DNA from: Promethearchaeia archaeon
GTDB taxonomy: Archaea; Asgardarchaeota; Lokiarchaeia; Sigyniarchaeales; SOKP01
Assembly: GCA_046483985.1 (NCBI GenBank)
Contig: JAWOCD010000031.1
Location: 32,001-96,000 of the forward strand
DNA length: 64,000 bases
Reading direction: 5' to 3'
Position numbers and translations under genes: made by a program
In this document: in pieces, positions 9,323 through 20,800 of the stretch
How the letters are laid out: every line of letters begins with the position of its first letter
Position numbering within the stretch: position 1 is the stretch's first letter
The notes under the pieces: model-generated
What the model was told of the DNA's origin: nothing
Database searches by the model: none
The model's input: only the letters and a program-made list of their open reading frames with translations

Positions 9323-11428
9323 ATGACAAAATATGACTTTCAAGCTGAGATTAAAAAACTTTTGAATATTCTCAGTAAATCACTCTATAAACATAAAGAG
9401 ATATTCTTGAGGGAATTAATCAGCAACGCAGTGGATGCATTAAAAAAGATTAAATTTATTCTCCTAACAAACAGAGACATCGAAGATCCCGATGAGGAAC
9501 TTCGGATTGAAATATACTTTAATCCTGATAAAAAAACTTTTCTCGTCCGCGATTACGGGGTGGGTATGACAAAGAAAGAACTCATCAACGATCTGGGAAC
9601 TATAGCTAGCAGCGGAACCGAAAAGTTTATCAATAAACTTAAGGAGATGCAAGAGAAAGAGGAGGAAAAAGTTGATTTAGATATCATCGGTCAATTCGGT
9701 ATTGGCTTTTATTCGGTGTTCATGGTAGCCGATAATGTGAAAGTTCGGACGAAATCATACGTGAAAGAGGAAGATGCTTATGAATGGGAATCAGACGGTA
9801 CAGGTAAATTCGATGTCAAAAAGATAACCAAAGAAAAACGTGGAACTGACGTCATCCTTTATCTCAACGAAGAGGAAACCGAATATTTAAACGACTTCCG
9901 AATTGAACGAATAATCAAGAAGTACTCAAATTTTGTACCATTTCCTATCTATGTATACGAACTGGAAGAAGGAGAAACACCGGAAAGAGGAAAAATAAAG
10001 AAGGAAGAGGAACCTGAAGGTGAAAAAGAGGAAGACAAAGAGGAAGAAAAAGGTGAAGGAGAGGAGGAAAAAGAACCCGTCAATAAGACAAGGCCATTAT
10101 GGAAAAAAAAGAAAGATGATGTGACGGAAGAAGAATACGAGGATTTCTATCACTTTATCTCAAAAAAATACGATGATTATCTCCATGTGATCAACTATCA
10201 AGTCAGCGGGCGCATTCGATTTCGCTCCATCTTATATATTCCCGGATCCGCAAGTGAAGATATGCTTCAACCCGAAACTCGATATGGCTTATCGTTATAT
10301 TCCAAAAATGTTATGATCATGGAAAAATGTGAAGAACTCATCCCAAAATGGATGCGATTTGTAAAAGGAGTTTTAGAATCTGATGATATCCCCCTTAATA
10401 TTTCTCGGGAGACTATTCAAGCCAATCGACTAATTATGAAGATGAGCAATTTAGTGGTCAAAAAATTTATTAGGGAACTGAACCGACTGGCCGAAGAGGA
10501 AACTGATAAGTACATGGAGATTTGGGATAAGTTCGGGCATTTCATCAAAGAAGGTATCATTACGGATACGGCACGGAAAGACAAGCTCAAAGATTTATTA
10601 CGAGTGAAAACTTCGAAGACAGAGGAGGGAGAACTAATAGGACTCCGAGAGTATGTTGAGAGAATGAAGGAAGATCAAGAAGAAATCTTCTATTTGATCG
10701 GGGAAGATTTGGACACTTTGAAAATGTCACCTCATCTTGGATATTATGAGAAAAACGATCTTGAAGTTATCTTATTCGATGAATCTGTGGATAACTTCCT
10801 AATGATGAACATGAACGATTATAAACTCGAAGTTGGTGAAGGAGAAGAAAAAGAGACGGAATATCTTCAATTCTCTCCCATTGATGTTGCCGAAACAGAA
10901 GAAGAGGGAGAGGAAGAAGAAGGAAAGGAACAAGAAGAGGAGGAAAAGAGAAAAGAATTACCAGATAAAGTAAGTGATTTCCTTGATTATGTTGAGGATA
11001 TATTAGAGGATAAAATAGTAAAAGCTGGTACGTCTAAAAGACTATATGGAAATCCATGTCGGTTAGCTAACCCTGCCGGCGGACCCACTTCAAGTCAACA
11101 ACGTGCAATGCGCTATTGGACCCAGGCACAAACCGGTCAAAAATTCAGTATTCCACGAAAGATATTGGAATTTAATCCCAAGCATCCAATGGTCAAAAAA
11201 TTAATTGATCTGTATGCAAGGGATGAAGATAACAAAATAATTAAACCCGTTGTTATCCAATTATTTGAAAATTGCTTACTCTCCGAGGGAGACTTACCCA
11301 ATCCATCTTCAATGGTGCCACGGATTAATGAATTAATTGAATTTTTAGTTACTGGAAAAAACGAAACAGACAAGACTGCGATGAGTCAAAGCGATACAGA
11401 CGCTGGCGAAAAAGAAAATTCGGATTAG
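9323..11428 (+). CDS. htpG: Hsp90 family chaperone
   Basis: FLRELISNAVDA, LGTIASSGT, IGQFGIGFYS, PLNISRE, LEFNPKHP. Confidence 0.95.
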   Translation: MTKYDFQAEIKKLLNILSKSLYKHKEIFLRELISNAVDALKKIKFILLTNRDIEDPDEELRIEIYFNPDKKTFLVRDYGVGMTKKELINDLGTIASSGTEKFINKLKEMQEKEEEKVDLDIIGQFGIGFYSVFMVADNVKVRTKSYVKEEDAYEWESDGTGKFDVKKITKEKRGTDVILYLNEEETEYLNDFRIERIIKKYSNFVPFPIYVYELEEGETPERGKIKKEEEPEGEKEEDKEEEKGEGEEEKEPVNKTRPLWKKKKDDVTEEEYEDFYHFISKKYDDYLHVINYQVSGRIRFRSILYIPGSASEDMLQPETRYGLSLYSKNVMIMEKCEELIPKWMRFVKGVLESDDIPLNISRETIQANRLIMKMSNLVVKKFIRELNRLAEEETDKYMEIWDKFGHFIKEGIITDTARKDKLKDLLRVKTSKTEEGELIGLREYVERMKEDQEEIFYLIGEDLDTLKMSPHLGYYEKNDLEVILFDESVDNFLMMNMNDYKLEVGEGEEKETEYLQFSPIDVAETEEEGEEEEGKEQEEEEKRKELPDKVSDFLDYVEDILEDKIVKAGTSKRLYGNPCRLANPAGGPTSSQQRAMRYWTQAQTGQKFSIPRKILEFNPKHPMVKKLIDLYARDEDNKIIKPVVIQLFENCLLSEGDLPNPSSMVPRINELIEFLVTGKNETDKTAMSQSDTDAGEKENSD

Positions 11429-11729
11429 ATTTTTATTTTCATTTTTTTCTTCTACTCTATTTTTGAAAATTATTTTGAACTACCACGCCATAAATAACGT
11501 GGATTCATAATTCATCGAAGATTGCTGACATAACATCAGTCTAACATCCTCTCCAAACGTATTCACCGTAATCCTTACGGAAGAATCATTATGAGTAAGC
11601 TCTCTAGTGGTAAATTTTAATTTGGGAAGAGGATTTTGTTCGGCTCTTCCTAAAGGATTTTTGGTTTGCAATTCATTATTTTTTTAAAACATTAACTATT
11701 TTTTAATGTAATTTAGAAGGAGTAAAACC

Positions 11730-12704
11730 ATGATGAATGGAGAAAGCAATCCCGAACTAAGAGAAGACGAGGGGTATTCTTTTCATAAGTATGTTATCTA
11801 TATCTTAGTAGGGATCACTGTTGTGCTTACAATCTTGAGAATTCTCGTCAACACGCTAGAAATGCCTTATATAATTGAATTATCGAGAGATTTCGATTAT
11901 AGGATTTTAATAGAGGGGATGGGCAATGGTTTAGTCAATTTTTATGACCCCATCTCGTATCCTCAATTTCCGCCTTATTATCTTTATTTCTGGTACTTTA
12001 TGTTTTATCCAATGTACTTACTGCCCGTTGAAGTGGGCGTTTATATCTGGGACATGTTACGATTATTATCTTGTATCTATGTGGTAAAAGAAGCCCAAGT
12101 GGTGTTCCAACAGAAGTTTGATCTGGTCATATTTTATGGGTTTGTCACGATAAGTTACGCGGTCTCCGGGTACTTTAATAATGTGAATTTCTTGATCTTA
12201 TTATTACTCTTTTGTTCCTACACGTCTTATGAAAGAGATCAGAAATGGCTTGCGGGAATCTTATTCACCTTAGCCACTTTTAAAATAAACTCTGTCATAT
12301 TCCTTCCGGTTCTCCTAATTGTTAAAAAAATAAAACTTAAAGATATTATCTATTTTATCGTACCTTTTGGACTCATCTGTATTCCCTATATTCTATTTCC
12401 GGACTATTTTATGGGAATGGTGGGAAATTGGACCCACGGCGGTGGTGATATAATGAAAAATGACTCAATCCTATTAAGCATACTAACACTTATCGACTCC
12501 GTTTTATGGAAAGCCCTTCAACCCTCCCATTTAATGTTTATCGGTTTCATTATTTTAATCTTCTTGGAAAATATAAAAGAAAAAAAATGGAGGCGCCGCT
12601 ACAGAGTCATTATCTTCATGATTTTAATAATCTATATTATGAGGCTCTCATTTGTCACATTCATTCATGATCTATTTATGGGCGGCAATTTCAGCGACAT
12701 ATAA
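11730..12704 (+). CDS. GT87/DUF2029-like GT-C membrane glycosyltransferase
   Basis: Polytopic; YPQFPPYYLY loop and LATFKI motif. Confidence 0.6.
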   Translation: MMNGESNPELREDEGYSFHKYVIYILVGITVVLTILRILVNTLEMPYIIELSRDFDYRILIEGMGNGLVNFYDPISYPQFPPYYLYFWYFMFYPMYLLPVEVGVYIWDMLRLLSCIYVVKEAQVVFQQKFDLVIFYGFVTISYAVSGYFNNVNFLILLLLFCSYTSYERDQKWLAGILFTLATFKINSVIFLPVLLIVKKIKLKDIIYFIVPFGLICIPYILFPDYFMGMVGNWTHGGGDIMKNDSILLSILTLIDSVLWKALQPSHLMFIGFIILIFLENIKEKKWRRRYRVIIFMILIIYIMRLSFVTFIHDLFMGGNFSDI

Positions 12705-12742
12705 AAAATCTTTTTGAAAGATCAGTTCCTTTTTAGCTCATA

Positions 12743-13996
12743 ATGAGTAAAAGATTTCCCCCCCGCCGATATCTTATTTTTCTATCTTCAATCTTGGGAC
12801 CCCTTACTACCAACGCGATTATTCCCTTATTTGAACCATTGCGAGCGAATTTTTCTTTGGCCACAATCTCCCAAGTTTCGCTGGCAATTTCATTCTATAT
12901 TTTTCCATTCGCCCTGTTTCAATTATTTGGCGGAACATTTTCCGATGTGGTTGACAAGAAAAAAGTGATGATTTTAGGGTATATCATCTTTATAGGTTCA
13001 TTACTCACTTCTTTATTGGCGATCTTCATTCGGGTGTATTGGTTATTCTTACTCGCCTTTTTCATCCAAGGAATAGGGTTCTCCTTTATTAATCCTACTG
13101 TGCTGGCCATCTTAAGCATCATCACCCCAGAAGAAAAGGAGGGAGCAATTATGGGGGTTTTTAATTCTTCAGCCGGTATCGGGATTTCATTGGGGTCATT
13201 TATTGCAGGACTCCTTGTATCATTGGCAGGGGGATGGAGATATCTATTTATTATTAACCCAATAATATCAACCCTTTCATTATTTTTATTTTTATACGGG
13301 ATAAAAGGGTGTGAAGACCTAATTTGTAAACCTTATGAATTGTCCCCGCCGGAGGGGAGTCCCGAAGAACGTTCATTTTTAGGGAAAACCTTGACACAAT
13401 TTAAAGAAAATTTAACAAGAGAAATACTCTTATTGGGCATAATCGGGTTCCTATGCTTTTTTACCGTGATTACGCTAACTAATACCTTGGGTGAGCAGAT
13501 GATGGTTGCATTACCGAATGTTTCAGATAAAGAAATAGTGAGCATTGTTAGCCTTACCTTAACCATTAACGGGTTGATTTCGATCTTTATGTCACCCGTA
13601 ACGGGTTATGTTCTCAAGAAAATCAGTCCGTTAATTATGATGTTTATTGGATTCATTTTTCTATTGGCCGTAATTGGTCTTCCACTCGCAGAACATATTC
13701 CTACATTCATGGTCCTTAGTTTTCTCATTTACATAGGTTCAGTTTTTATCTGGCCCAGTTTGTTTAAATCGGCAATGGATTTAAACCCCACCGCAAAAGG
13801 TACCAATTCGGCAATCATCAATAGCCTCAGGTTTTTGGGGTATGCATCAGTGGGACCGTTCTATGTTTTAATCGGGATTCCAACCTTGTTTATGATCGTC
13901 ATAATTCTGGATATATTAGGAATTGGTATCTTGATTTTAATTAACCATTTACGAAAATCTTCAAGAAAGAAGATCGAGAACAAAAGAAAAGAATAA
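12743..13996 (+). CDS. MFS transporter (DHA1-like efflux)
   Basis: GTFSDVVDKK motif A; about 12 TM segments. Confidence 0.85.
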   Translation: MSKRFPPRRYLIFLSSILGPLTTNAIIPLFEPLRANFSLATISQVSLAISFYIFPFALFQLFGGTFSDVVDKKKVMILGYIIFIGSLLTSLLAIFIRVYWLFLLAFFIQGIGFSFINPTVLAILSIITPEEKEGAIMGVFNSSAGIGISLGSFIAGLLVSLAGGWRYLFIINPIISTLSLFLFLYGIKGCEDLICKPYELSPPEGSPEERSFLGKTLTQFKENLTREILLLGIIGFLCFFTVITLTNTLGEQMMVALPNVSDKEIVSIVSLTLTINGLISIFMSPVTGYVLKKISPLIMMFIGFIFLLAVIGLPLAEHIPTFMVLSFLIYIGSVFIWPSLFKSAMDLNPTAKGTNSAIINSLRFLGYASVGPFYVLIGIPTLFMIVIILDILGIGILILINHLRKSSRKKIENKRKE

Positions 13997-13999
13997 TAA

Positions 14000-14260
14000 T
14001 CGCCCGACATCCAGCAGTAACAATATAACTGTAATAATAACCGCAATTATAGGGGAGAGAAAGGCGGGATTGAACATTTGCAGAGATAACAATACCATAG
14101 TTGGCGAGGTAAGTGCTCCAGTTATGGACTAATTTTCAATAATCCAAAAATCTCTCCATTGTGAATATTGAACGAGATATTGTCTACAGCCCAAATATCC
14201 CTTTCGGATTCTTTATTATAGAAAACCTTCGACAACTCCTCAACTTCGATCACGATTTCT
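14000..14260 (-). pseudogene. Collapsed ABC exporter remnant: ATPase N-terminus plus a short hydrophobic, permease-like fragment
   Basis: IEVEELSKVF...AVDNISFNIHNGEIFGLL stops just before Walker A; followed by PAFLSPIIAVIITVILLLLD. Confidence 0.65.
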
Positions 14261-14342
14261 AAGTATATCCTTGCTCCAATTATTAGATTCAAATGTAATC
14301 TTATTGTTATAAAAAGAAAAAGGAAAATATAAACATCTTGGT

Positions 14343-17300
14343 TTAGGCAAACCAAGTTTCTATTGTGAAGGAGTTTATCCAAAGATAAAGAGCAAGAGTT
14401 AGTAAAAACCACAGAGTGAAAAGAACTAGGAATGAAAAAGAGAGCGTGATACCTGTACTCTTAAATTTGCGTGAATTAAAGTCTCTGAATAGATAAAAGA
14501 AGGTAAATAAAACGACAGCAAAAATCAAGCTCAGCATTACCAGTTGGAACAGCGCCCAGTTCACCAAATCATAGGAGAATGCAATGAGTGTGCCGAAATC
14601 CTTCGAGAGATAATCCATTAATGTATGCTCCCTTATAAAATATACAACATCAAATAAAATCGTTATCGCAATCAAGATGGGATAAAGATGCATGAACCTT
14701 TGATTAAAGGCTATTGCTTTACCATGATACTTCTCCGTACTTTTATCTAAGATTCTTCTCTTAATCTTTCTTCCTATAAAGAGAAGTAATACGGAGGTGA
14801 TGAAGGGAAGGATAAATAACGCGGCCCAAATTGCCGTGTTCACCGTTGCAATCATTTGATAGTCTTGGGTATATGCCCATTCTTCCATCTTCCGAAGGAT
14901 AGAATAGGAAAATGCAAATAACCGAAAAAAGGTTCCGATATAGAGTAAGACAAACATCAACCATTTGGGTTGACCGAGTGTCTTAAAGATTTTGTCCCGA
15001 AAAGATAACTGATTATGATTTTCGTTCTCCTCGATCTCCTTTCCTGGCTCTTTTTCCATGGGGCTATGTGTTCGGGTTTTACTATCTCTTAATATAATAA
15101 AAAAAAGATAAATAGCAACACATAAAAATCCGATCTGTAACAAGGCAGTGATAATATATAAAATCGGATTAATCTTGAATGAAAATGGTGATCGATATAT
15201 ATCTCCTCCTTCCATTGTTACAATATCGACGTTTGCTGAAAAGGCATGAAAACCAAATCCATTACACGTTTCTTGGAGTTGATCATGATTATTTAATCGA
15301 ATAAGATTAGATCCAAACGTGGAAACACAATCAGCATGATGTTCCTTTTTCCAGCCAGGATATCCGATATTCATGGACAGCATTGCCCCATAGGCATAAA
15401 TCTCATAACTCATTTCATCTAAGTGGGTATGGGATTGATGATATGTTTTTGCATTAAAACTGACAAACACAGCACTCTTATTCCAACTTGAGCGAAGGGC
15501 GCCATTCCCCCCTCGATTTGAAAGCCATGATAACCGATTTTGAGGCGGAGACTCTGGAGCGGTAGAAAGATTTTGCCAACAAAATAATTCCAAGTAAAGA
15601 TAGTTATCCCGGACATTAATAAAAGAACTCTGATTTTGAATGTGATAAAAATGAGCAATTTTTTGTCTTAACTTATTGTTTTCCGTCAAATGACTATATG
15701 ACCGCAACCAGAGCGCTTGTCGAGCTCCGTCAGAAGCATCTTCATAATGTGGATAAACGCCCGTTGGACTAAGCATATCAAGCGTCCGTTCATAAAATCG
15801 TTCAACTTTGCCATTCTCCTTAAGATAATCAACGAGATTTAAACGATTCATTGCATATAGGAAGGGCATAAGGCTTTGGAAGCCAAAATGCGCATAATTA
15901 AAGGATTCAATTGGTATGCCATCAACGGTCTCCTCGGAGATAAAGGTTTCGGTTTCATCCAGTGCAATTTGCAATAAATCTTTATCTTGGGTAACCATGC
16001 CAACAAGCCCCACAGAATTCATATTCACGGCAAGATGATTATTTAAGGGAGTAATATCATGCGGTTCTGCTAAAGGAACCACGAATTCTTTTAGGTTTTG
16101 GGCATATTGCTCTTGCTCTTTCTCTGTTAAATTTTGATATACGGCATCGTAAGCAATTATTGCCCCATATGACATTAAAGCGGAATCCAATGTCTGTTTG
16201 CTGCTATAATGATAATCCATGAGATTTGCCAAAACAAGTTTAATTTTTTCAAGCGCAGATTTGTCTCCCTCGTAATAATGTAAAACCCATCCAATCAACC
16301 CCCGTCTCATTATGGGATGCGATACATTCTCATAGGTCAGGGTTCCGTCATCCTTGAAGATCAGATCTTCTGATGTTTCTGTTGTTTCATTTAATGAGTT
16401 ATAGAAGGAATTTAATGGATTCGAACTGTGTAATTTTGAAAGCACATTATCTATATCCTCCTCTTCATAGAGAAGATAAGGATGAGTGAGATCTTGAATT
16501 TTATCTAAACACCTTTCTGCTGAAATTACCTCATGATCCTCCACTTCTATTTCAGCCACATTCTCATATTGTCCTCCCAAAGTATAGTTTCCTGGCTCAG
16601 AGAAATGTATTGTTACTAATCCGTTTGAATAATCATAAAGATGGGGGTCGCCGTTAACTTCTATGCTTTCCGGCTCCGGCATTCTTAATTTTATAGTACA
16701 AGGATTTATAACTTCAAGTTGTCCCGATAACTCAGTGTTGGAAATTGAAAAGCTCCCAGAAACTTTCTCCGTTGAGTGAAAATAAATATCCTCTCCTTCT
16801 TGTAATTTAGTGGCTTTTTGAAATCCCAAGGAAAATAAATGATTCGTGTTATTAGCCCGTAAATAGAAAGTCTCGGCATCAGCCGTCCAACCTTCCACTT
16901 CCTTGGTTAAAGATCCTTGTTGTTGTGGAAAGCGGCTCCAGAAGATATCATATGTTTCTTCATGGTGCACTTGGAAGCACGTTTGATTTTTATCATTTTT
17001 CAAAACATCCACTTTCGGGAGTGTCATTGATTCGTTTAGCGGAAATAAGAGAGTACTAATCTGCTGGGGACCGTTGGTATCTGCGATTAAATAGGGAGCT
17101 GTTTGATCGGCCCCAGAGGTTGCAAAACTTTCACCAGATTGAAAACTCATTTCTGAGGTAATGATTCGTCCGTATAATTTTACTTCATTCCCCTCAAAAT
17201 CATCATTAGCAGTGAAATTCCAACTCTGAGCATCTTCATCCAATGTGAGATTTTCTCGACCGTGTTGGATCCATTCAACCTCCATTCCTTTCTTAGTAAT

Positions 17301-17480
17301 GATATCATCCTTAATGATAAAATATGGAGTTTCATTATTGGTCGATTTCATAAACCAGATATCCCGATTTACGGTACCATTATCGGGAAATTGTTCGTTC
17401 AAGAAAGGATATATTAGGAATAATGAGCCTATAATCGCAGCAATAATTACTATTGCTATTTTTCTTTTAGAAACTCTCAT
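14343..17480 (-). CDS. Membrane-anchored heparinase II/III-like polysaccharide lyase (apparently circularly permuted)
   Basis: HPYLLY toroid start, NNH, ESFNY, LRSSW..HTHLDEMSYEIY, SNLIRLN; N-terminal TM and about 6 C-terminal TMs. Confidence 0.75.
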   Translation of the reverse strand: MRVSKRKIAIVIIAAIIGSLFLIYPFLNEQFPDNGTVNRDIWFMKSTNNETPYFIIKDDIITKKGMEVEWIQHGRENLTLDEDAQSWNFTANDDFEGNEVKLYGRIITSEMSFQSGESFATSGADQTAPYLIADTNGPQQISTLLFPLNESMTLPKVDVLKNDKNQTCFQVHHEETYDIFWSRFPQQQGSLTKEVEGWTADAETFYLRANNTNHLFSLGFQKATKLQEGEDIYFHSTEKVSGSFSISNTELSGQLEVINPCTIKLRMPEPESIEVNGDPHLYDYSNGLVTIHFSEPGNYTLGGQYENVAEIEVEDHEVISAERCLDKIQDLTHPYLLYEEEDIDNVLSKLHSSNPLNSFYNSLNETTETSEDLIFKDDGTLTYENVSHPIMRRGLIGWVLHYYEGDKSALEKIKLVLANLMDYHYSSKQTLDSALMSYGAIIAYDAVYQNLTEKEQEQYAQNLKEFVVPLAEPHDITPLNNHLAVNMNSVGLVGMVTQDKDLLQIALDETETFISEETVDGIPIESFNYAHFGFQSLMPFLYAMNRLNLVDYLKENGKVERFYERTLDMLSPTGVYPHYEDASDGARQALWLRSYSHLTENNKLRQKIAHFYHIQNQSSFINVRDNYLYLELFCWQNLSTAPESPPQNRLSWLSNRGGNGALRSSWNKSAVFVSFNAKTYHQSHTHLDEMSYEIYAYGAMLSMNIGYPGWKKEHHADCVSTFGSNLIRLNNHDQLQETCNGFGFHAFSANVDIVTMEGGDIYRSPFSFKINPILYIITALLQIGFLCVAIYLFFIILRDSKTRTHSPMEKEPGKEIEENENHNQLSFRDKIFKTLGQPKWLMFVLLYIGTFFRLFAFSYSILRKMEEWAYTQDYQMIATVNTAIWAALFILPFITSVLLLFIGRKIKRRILDKSTEKYHGKAIAFNQRFMHLYPILIAITILFDVVYFIREHTLMDYLSKDFGTLIAFSYDLVNWALFQLVMLSLIFAVVLFTFFYLFRDFNSRKFKSTGITLSFSFLVLFTLWFLLTLALYLWINSFTIETWFA

Positions 17481-17542
17481 AGATGGGGATACAAATATGT
17501 AAAATGTATAAGAAATAAAAAAGATTACAGAAAAGTATAATT

Positions 17543-17884
17543 TTATTCCTTATTGGCTGATTTTGTAAGTCTCGTAGTTACCACGTCATTTAAGGCCCCA
17601 AAACCGATTCCCGCGAACAAATATGTAATTGTAAGCGTTTGCTGGAAGAATGCAAATCCAGCGGAAACAAATGCTCCAATCAAGGCACCACGAAAAATTG
17701 AGTTAGGGATAGAATCCTTTCCCTTGTAAATTCTGATTTCCCCAGCAAGCCCAATTAAGGCGCCCATAACGACCCGATTATACCAAGCCCCAATTAAATA
17801 AATTACCGGATTCAAAAGAAGGAAAGAATATAATTGAAAAGAGATCTTCTTCCTCTCTCTTGATTCAAGCAACCCAAGTTTCAA
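17543..17884 (-). CDS. Small membrane protein between the lyase paralogs
   Basis: Overlaps the 3' end of the upstream gene; 3-4 Gly-rich hydrophobic segments. Confidence 0.65.
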   Translation of the reverse strand: MKLGLLESRERKKISFQLYSFLLLNPVIYLIGAWYNRVVMGALIGLAGEIRIYKGKDSIPNSIFRGALIGAFVSAGFAFFQQTLTITYLFAGIGFGALNDVVTTRLTKSANKE

Positions 17885-20800
17885 TGGTGAATGAATTGAT
17901 TACGCCGTGCAAGATGAGAGATAACCAGGTCCATAACAAAATAAATATCAATGAAACGATCAGCAAACGGAGAGAATATTTCTTGCTCTCTTTAGGATTC
18001 AAGGAATAATACTTATATATAAACACTGCAATAATAAATGTAAATAAGAGACCCATAACTCCCACTTGAAATAACATCCAATCTACAAACTCAAGGGCAA
18101 ATCCGGACACGGTACCGAATCGCTTAGATATGAGATCCATAATCCGGTATTCCCGAACATATATTGCAAAATCAAGTAAAAAGAGAAATATTCCAGCAGC
18201 AATTACTATATAGGACATGCGCCTTTTAAGTTCGGGATATATGTCGGAATTTTGATGAGTCGACGTGGCGATTATTTTTTTATGGACTCTCCAGAAGAGG
18301 AGATACAGAACAACGGTGAATATTAACGGCAATACAAATAACATTACCCATACAATATTGGTAATCGCATTTATCAATTCATAATCGCGTGTATATGACC
18401 ATTCGGTTAATTTTCGCAAAATGGAATGCGCAAATGCATAGATTCGAAAATGGAGCCCAAAATACACTAAGGTTATTATTTGAAACACCTTCCATTGATA
18501 GATGAGACGATCATCAATAGGGGTGTAAAACTGACTTGGCAAGTTTATGAGGGTATTATTGCCTCCAGATCCGTTATTTTGCTCTGTAGGTAGTTTTGCT
18601 TCGTTTTTATCTTCTCTTTCCTTAGTTTCCTCATAGCGTTTGTCCATTTTCAATAAAAGAAAGTAATAAAATGCAATCGCTGCAAATGAGATTTGAAGAA
18701 TTATAATAATAATATAAAAGATTGGATTTTGGGTAAGTGCATAGGGAGATCTATAAAGATCACCCCCATCCATAGCGATGATATCCACTTCTTTTGAAAA
18801 TGCATGAAATGAAAAACCATCACAGGTCTCTTGCAATTGATCTTGATTATTTAGACGAATTGAATTAGAGCCCACTGTGGAGACACATTCAGAATGCCCT
18901 TCTTCTTTCCATCCTGGAAAACCCGAATTCATGGAGATTAATGCGCCATAAGCATAAATTTCATAACTAAGCTCATCCAATTGCGTATGTGATTGATGAT
19001 AAGTCTTCGCATTCATGCTGATAAATACTGCGTCTCGATCCCAATCGGTCCGGAGAGCTGCATTTCCCCCTTTATAAGAGAGCCAAGAAGTTCTATTAGG
19101 AGATGGATCACTCGGCGAGGGGAGATCTTTCCAACGGAATAATTCCATAAAAAAATATTTGTTCTCAAGATTATATATCGAGCTTTGGTTTTGCCAATTG
19201 TAGAAGAAGGAAATTTTTTTCCGTAATTCATCATTTTCCGTTAGATGCGCAACTTGTCTGAATTCAATGGGAGGGCGCCAATCATCAAAAGCATCTTCAT
19301 AATGGGGAAACATTCCTATTGGACTCATTATATCCAGTGCGCGATCATAATATCTGTCAATAATTCCCCCTTTTTTATAGTAATCCATAATGCCGAGTCG
19401 TGACATAGCATAAAAATAGGGAGCTGCAAGATGATGCCCAATGGTTGCAATTGAAAAAGACTCAATGGGAATTCCGTCTACCGTTTCCGCAGCTAAAAAA
19501 TTGCTCATTTCATTAATAGCCAATTGCACCAAGTCTGGATCTTTTGTAACCAAACCGACAAGGCCCAAAGCACCCATATCTGTCGCGAGGTGGTTATTAA
19601 GCGGGATAACATCATGGGCCTCTTTTATGGGGTTGACAAAGGTCTTAAGATTCTCTGCATATTCCTCTTGTTTCGAGGTGGTGAGGTTATTATAAATTGT
19701 ATCATAGGCAATTGCAGCACCAGAGGCGATTTGGGCGGTATCCAAGGTCTTTCCGGTATAATGGAGATAATCGGGTATCTTCTCGAGAACCTTCTTTATA
19801 TTCTTCAGTGCATCTTTTTCCCCCTCCAGAACTTGGAGACTCCAGCAGATTAATGCATGTTTAAACGGATCTCGTTCAAGATCTTCAAAAGAAACCTCAC
19901 CATCCAGAAAAATTCGCGTTTCAAATTCTGCGGTATCGTCTATTAGATCTTGATAAAAATCCTCTGTCGGTGAAGGGGGATTTTCATTCAAGACATCGGG
20001 AATCTCGGAATCATCAAACACTAAGTAGGGATGGTTTTTATCTTTTATTTTCTTTATGGCTTCGCTACCAGAAGGTGTTGAATACTCCTCAATTTCCATC
20101 TCTCCGTAGTTGCTATACTGATCTCCTAAAGTATAATTTCTTGATGCCTCAAAATCCAGAATCAACTTACCATCTTCATAGATATACTCTGAAGAATCCG
20201 CAAGATCTCCATTAATTAAAAGCGATTCGGGTTCAGGAATATGTAACTCAACTTGGCAAGGTTCTTTAATGGAAAGCGTCCCGTCTAATCCCGCTTCTGT
20301 AAATGAAAGTGAACCCGAAATAGGTTCAGATGATAAAAAATGAGTTTCTGCTCCCTTATCTAAGCGAGTAGCATCCTTAAATCCCATAGACAGGGGATCA
20401 TCACTTTCGTTGGTTCTTAGGAAAAAAGATTGGGCAGTTGGTATCCAATCATCAACTTCGTGGGTAATTTTCTCTTTTTGCTCATCATATCGACTCCAGA
20501 AAATGTCCTCTGTGGAATTATGGTTAATCCGAAAAGATGTCTCATTTTTTTGGCTTTTTAAAACATCAATTTCTGGGAGTGTTCTAGTTTCATTAAGTGG
20601 AATTAAAATCGTAGGAATCTGCTGAGACCCTTGAACCTTTGCAAGGAGATACGGCGCTTCATTATTTTCAGTAACTGAAGCAAATCCCATTTTTTTCTCA
20701 AATTCCACATTATCCGTGAGCATCTTTCCATATAATTTAACTTGATCCTCTTGAAAATAATCCCGTGTGGTAAAGTTCCATTCATGCTTTCCAGCATTTA

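Noticed and set aside
11480-11671. 63-aa minus-strand ORF
   Set aside because: No recognisable family; may be a remnant but cannot be supported
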